Of a DNA stretch of 11,272 nucleotides, positions 7,709-11,272 are shown one piece after another. Source of the stretch: Silvanigrellaceae bacterium (GTDB taxonomy: Bacteria; Bdellovibrionota_B; Oligoflexia; Silvanigrellales; Silvanigrellaceae); NCBI GenBank assembly GCA_049423385.1, contig JBMSQQ010000104.1:1-11272 (forward strand), read 5' to 3'. Within the stretch, counting starts at the first letter, position 1; the number at the start of each line of letters is the position of its first letter. The notes under the pieces are model-generated. The model did not search any database and was not told the origin of the DNA. It worked only from the letters and a program-made list of their open reading frames with translations. A program made the translations under genes and the position numbers.

Positions 7709-8127
7709 TATATTCTCGATCACGTGTTTCGCGACGACGTGGAGGATGTCCATCTTGTTTATGAGCCCACCCGTGTGAAACCGAATGATGGAACCTATCT
7801 CGAGCGAGGGCTTCTGCGTATGGACTTCATTCAGCTTCCCAAATTTTCAGCCTTGAACCCCCCAGTAAATCAGCTATTGTCGGCTTGGGTGCAGTTGTTT
7901 AGAGCAAAATCCGCTCAAGATTTGGAAAGGGCCGAGCTGAGGGACACACCCAAGCCACCTTGGCTATCGTTCAAAAGATCATTTGCAAAATGCTCAAACT
8001 CTCTCCAGAGGCGCTCGCTCCACGGCTCAACACTCTTTCTGCAACGCAGCTCGAAGCGCTGCTCGAAGCAGCCCTGGAATTCGAATCTTATGCAGACCTC
8101 GAAAAGTGGCTCGCGAAACAGAGTTAA
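7709..8127 (+). pseudogene. Rpn/YhgA-like PD-(D/E)xK nuclease remnant (5'-truncated, internal deletion with frameshift near 7930) with DUF4351-like C-terminus
   Basis: LLRMDFIQLPKFSALNPPVNQLLSAWVQLFRAKSAQDLE is 28/39 identical to the gene starting at 10588. A second frame from 7930 reads GRAEG...LNTLSATQLEALLEAALEFESYADLEKWLAKQS* (TAA 8125-8127), typical of DUF4351. Confidence 0.85.
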
Positions 8128-8148
8128 TATTCCCTCGAAAGATTCGCA

Positions 8149-9545
8149 ATGAACAATGCCATCCCGCGGGGCTGAATTCCGCAGAGGCAGAGAAACGCCT
8201 CGCAGAATACGGAATAAATTCAATCGAGCGGCGCAAAAAAGAAAACCCGATTCTTATCTTCTCAAGGGAACTTTCCAACCTGTTGGCTATTGTTCTGTGG
8301 ATTACGGCCGTGGTCGTGTTCTCGATCGCGTTCATCTATGCACAAAAAGACATGTATCCGCTCGGATTTGCCATCATCGGCGTTGTTCTCATCAACGCGT
8401 TTTTTTCCTTCTGGCAATCTCTTAAGGCTGAACGTGCGATGGAAGCCTTGCAGAACATTTTGCCAGTCAAGAGCCTGGTCATTCGCTCGAGCAACTGGCT
8501 GAGCATTGCTGCCGAGACTCTTGTTCCGGGCGACATTATTTCATTGCGTGAGGGCGACACCGCAGCTGCTGACATCAGGCTCCTCGAGAGCCACTCCCTG
8601 CGTGTGGACACTTCTCACATCACCGGCGAATCGCTGCCGTCTTTTCGCCACAGCGAGCCCGACAAAAGCGATGACATCTTCCAGGCGCGAAACGTTGTGC
8701 TTGCAGGTGTGAGGGTTGTTTCGGGGCGCGCCCAAGGCGTGGTTTTTGCCACAGGCACTCGCAGCGAATTTGGAAAAATGGCCGGCCTCACGCTCGCTTC
8801 AGAAAAAAAACCATCTCCCCTGCAACACGAAATCGCATTGGTGAGCAAACGAGTTGCGCTCTTTTCCATCGCGCTCGGCGTCGGCTTCGCACTTCTTGGA
8901 GTCATCTCAGGCCTGCCATTCAATCAAGCCTTGCTGTTGGGTGCGGCCATGATCGTCGCCAATATTCCCGAAGGCCTCATGCCCACCATCACTCTCTCGC
9001 TGGCGTTTGCAGCGCAGCGCATGTCGAAGCGCAATGCTCTTGTCCGCCATCTGCCTGCGGTGGAAGCCCTCGGTTCGACGACCGTCATCTGCACCGACAA
9101 AACCGGAACGCTCACGCTCAACCAACTCAAAGTCAAAGAGATCGACTGGCTCGCACAGACTGTTGATGCCGGGCAGTTCATTGCCAAAAAAGATTTCACC
9201 GCCGGAGAAAACGCCCTGCTGGCACGCCAGGCCGCCACAGCGACTCTTGTTTCGGTCGTTCTCATGCAAATTGCGAACGTTTTTCTCTGCCGGCAGCAAC
9301 CCTTTTCCGTTAGAAACAATCTCATTTATTTGGGCGTGGCGTTGGAAATTGTTTTCATAGCCGCTGTGATGTTCTTTGCTCCACTGCAGAGAATTCTCAA
9401 CACAGCACAAGTCACCTGGAGACTTTTTCCTGTGGTGTTCTGCTTTATGGGACTCATGATTTTGGGGGAAAAGTTGCGGAGGAAAGTTATATCCAAGAAG
9501 CTCAAACTATCTCCAGATTCACTTGCTCCGCGCTGCGGTGAGTAA
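8149..9545 (+). pseudogene. Cation-transporting P-type ATPase (P2 type) with a large in-frame internal deletion
   Basis: Contains GLNSAEAEKRLAEYGIN, LVPGDII, TGES (8622), VANIPEGL (PEGL at 8967) and ICTDKTGTLT (D at 9096). It then jumps near 9220 to TM8-TM10-like sequence. KGAPE, TGD, GDGxND and TM5-7 are absent. The frame is open from TTG 7983, but that start lies inside the Rpn remnant, so no good in-frame start exists. Confidence 0.85.
9483..9533 (+). pseudogene. Short Rpn C-terminal fragment fused in frame to the end of the ATPase
   Basis: KVISKKLKLSPDSLAPR versus KIICKMLKLSPEALAPR at 7975-8025: 12/17 identical, with many third-position differences. Confidence 0.7.
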
Positions 9546-9551
9546 AATATA

Positions 9552-9569
9552 CCAATAAAAAATCGGCTT
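9552..9569 (+). repeat. Direct repeat copy 1, CCAATAAAAAATCGGCTT
   Basis: Matches 10469-10487 except for one extra A. Both copies have GAGTAA a few bases upstream. Confidence 0.7.
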
Positions 9570-9584
9570 ATACATTCATCGTGC

Positions 9585-9899
9585 TCATTCCAAAGTTTCC
9601 TGCTTCGCATCCCTCATTTTCCGAACGTGTTGTGCGAGCACAAATTTTATGTACGTTTGATAGCCAATATGATCACGGTTGGCGAGACGTTTTAGTTCTT
9701 CGAGAAGATCACCTGGCATCTTAAGGGAAATGGCTTTTGTTGTCGCAGAGCCGTGAATGGCGCGGTTGAGTCTTGCTGTTTCATCCTTGCCCGCTCGAAC
9801 GAGTTCCACGGGTGAGGAATCTGACTCATCTTCCTTGATGAGCTTTTCGAAGTCGGAAGTTTGATCGGCTGGCAGATCTTTATCGCGCAAAATTTTCAT
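9585..9899 (-). CDS. BrnA/CopG-like ribbon-helix-helix antitoxin
   Basis: C-terminal RHH TKAISLKMPGDLLEELKRLANRDHIGYQTYIKFVL and an acidic N-terminus. GGAGG RBS lies 9 nt before ATG 9899. Overlaps the 3' end of the toxin gene. Confidence 0.85.
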   Translation of the reverse strand: MKILRDKDLPADQTSDFEKLIKEDESDSSPVELVRAGKDETARLNRAIHGSATTKAISLKMPGDLLEELKRLANRDHIGYQTYIKFVLAQHVRKMRDAKQETLE

Positions 9900-10182
9900 A
9901 TTCTTCAACCTCCCAAGACTCGGCCGGATAAGCGGTTTTCAGCACCAAAGTCTTACTTTCGTGTATGGCAATAAACGCCACCTTGAGTGGACGCCCCTCG
10001 CAACTTAGAGACACGAACCAATACGTTGGCGGCCGAGTCCGATGCTCCTTTCGGATTTCCTTGACGTAAACGCCGGAACTATTGAAGAACGCCTCCTCGA
10101 CTTCTTGCTCAGTAACCCCATGTATGGAGAGCTTCGCCAGCACCCAGTCCGAGACGTAGAGGTCGTAGCGGTCAATCTCCAT
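9880..10182 (-). CDS. BrnT-like (RelE-fold) toxin
   Basis: 100 aa with KLSIHGVTEQEVEEAF, GRPLKVAF and LKTAY. GAAGGA RBS. Toxin-first order ahead of the RHH antitoxin, as in BrnTA. Confidence 0.8.
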   Translation of the reverse strand: MEIDRYDLYVSDWVLAKLSIHGVTEQEVEEAFFNSSGVYVKEIRKEHRTRPPTYWFVSLSCEGRPLKVAFIAIHESKTLVLKTAYPAESWEVEEYENFAR

Positions 10183-10205
10183 CTAGTGATCCTTCGGATA
10201 TTCTG

Positions 10206-10234
10206 AGTATATACTTTAGCACTACAAGCAGCAA
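10206..10234 (-). promoter_or_regulatory. Sigma-70 promoter of the TA operon with a palindromic operator over the -10 box
   Basis: Minus strand TTGCTG-17 nt-TATACT. The perfect palindrome AGTATATACT (10206-10215) covers the -10. Confidence 0.65.
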
Positions 10235-10330
10235 GAATCTGCCTCTTGCCTCATACACGCGAAGCCAGAATTCCTGGCAGGAGCAGCAAAAGATGTCTCA
10301 TTTAATTTAGTCCTGAATTGAAATTTTCAG

Positions 10331-10390
10331 GCTTCACGATGGAACTTTGATTGAAATTGAAATGCAGTCCACGCGACGGCTTTTACCTTG
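10331..10390 (+). pseudogene. Collapsed Rpn fragment (catalytic motif joined to a downstream piece)
   Basis: 10331-10371 is 39/41 nt identical to 10830-10870 (LHDGTLIEIEMQS). It is followed directly by CGACGGCTTTTACCT, matching CGACGGCTTTCACCT near 11058. Confidence 0.75.
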
Positions 10391-10468
10391 ACTTGTCGAG
10401 TCATACATCTGGCTCGCGACCTATTGTCTGAGCTGAAGCAAAATCGATCCTTACGTCGTCGAGTAATT

Positions 10469-10487
10469 CCAATAAAAAAATCGGCTT
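10469..10487 (+). repeat. Direct repeat copy 2, CCAATAAAAAAATCGGCTT
   Basis: Matches 9552-9569. Followed by a T-run and the hairpin TGGCCG-N8-CGGCCA (10501-10520). Confidence 0.7.
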
Positions 10488-10587
10488 TTTTTTCAAAAAT
10501 TGGCCGAAAATTTCCGGCCACGCTCAACACATTTTGCTACGACTTAAACATCCATGCAGCGTGTTCTCCCCGTTTCAAGGAGAATTC

Positions 10588-11272
10588 ATGCCGCGCTCAA
10601 AACAACCCAAAATCATTCCTTCTGCTCTCATCCCTGGCACACAATTACCGCGCCCTACGATCGATCTTGTTTTCAAAACGATGCTGGAAAACAACCTCGC
10701 TGCACTCAAGAGTCTCATCACAGCAGTTCTTCAGCCTGAAAGTCCGATCGACTTCGTAACGATTCTCTCGCCAGAGCTTCATGGCACTGACATCAACAGC
10801 AAACAATCGAGGCTCGATCTTCATGTGAAGCTTCACGATGGAACTCTGATTGATATTGAAATGCAGTCCAGCCGAGAGGCGCACTTCATCAAGCGCTCGG
10901 TTTATTACACGTTTCAAATGATCGGTGGTGCGCTTAAAATAGGTGATGCATACCAAAGTCTCCCGAACCTGGCCGGCATCTATATTTTTGATGATGTTGT
11001 TTTTCCAAGCCTGCCGGAGATCCACTCCAGCTTCCAGCTCAGGCGCGCTCTGCCCGACGACGGCTTTCACCTGCAGCCCAACCTTTTGAGGCTCGATTTC
11101 ATCGAGCTTCCCAAGATTTCTGCCTTGAATCCCTCAGAAAACCCACTATTCTCAGCTTGGGTTCAGTTTCTTTCAGCTAAATCCGCTCAGGATATTGAAT
11201 TGGCAGCTCGCTCGGTCCCTGAAATCGGCCAACTCGTTGGGGAGTTAACCAAAATGTCTTCCAATAAAGAAT
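10588..11272 (+). CDS. Rpn family recombination-promoting nuclease / putative transposase (PD-(D/E)xK), 3' end outside the window
   Basis: Absent from the ORF track. AAGGAG RBS, ATG 10588, frame open to the window end. Motifs PTIDLVFK, ILSPEL, SRLDLHVKLHDGTLIDIEMQ, RSVYY, DFIELPK, WVQFL. Confidence 0.92.
   Translation, partial: MPRSKQPKIIPSALIPGTQLPRPTIDLVFKTMLENNLAALKSLITAVLQPESPIDFVTILSPELHGTDINSKQSRLDLHVKLHDGTLIDIEMQSSREAHFIKRSVYYTFQMIGGALKIGDAYQSLPNLAGIYIFDDVVFPSLPEIHSSFQLRRALPDDGFHLQPNLLRLDFIELPKISALNPSENPLFSAWVQFLSAKSAQDIELAARSVPEIGQLVGELTKMSSNKE

Noticed and set aside
7983..8148. Listed TTG start and N-terminal extension of the 520-aa ATPase ORF
   Set aside because: It overlaps the Rpn DUF4351-like tail in another frame and does not resemble an ATPase. 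Homology starts at about 8169.
10388..11070. ORFs 10388..10759 (+), 10554..10739 (+) and 10645..11070 (-)
   Set aside because: Shadow frames of the Rpn gene starting at 10588.
1..11272. CRISPR array, tRNA/rRNA, IS with terminal inverted repeats, integron attC sites, or a DGR template/variable repeat pair (10331 versus 10830)
   Set aside because: No regularly spaced repeats or RNA-gene signatures were seen. The 41-nt repeat has only two differences, and no reverse transcriptase is present in the window.

Overview
Bacterial accessory region, partly decaying. The host is probably a Gram-negative with many sigma-54 promoters, possibly Bdellovibrionota/Oligoflexia-like; this is inference only. 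From left to right it contains: (1) the 3' part of a YD-repeat protein and an outer-membrane beta-barrel gene broken by one in-frame TAA, closed by a perfect terminator; (2) a sigma-54-type promoter ahead of a tightly coupled three-gene operon, encoding a secreted 88-aa peptide with a C-terminal C-x6-C tail, a GRDP/DUF1399-like His-rich protein and a GNAT acetyltransferase, which is the best candidate for an undescribed RiPP-like system; (3) on the minus strand, an AAA_14/DUF4143 ATPase and a lipoprotein; (4) the C-terminal remnant of a ThiF/MoeB-like enzyme overlapping an intact MFS exporter; (5) a series of diverged Rpn/YhgA (PD-(D/E)xK) nuclease fragments alternating with a P-type ATPase carrying a large in-frame deletion and with a BrnT/BrnA-like toxin-antitoxin pair, ending in an apparently intact Rpn gene that runs off the window. 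All family calls come from motif recognition by eye, not from database searches.
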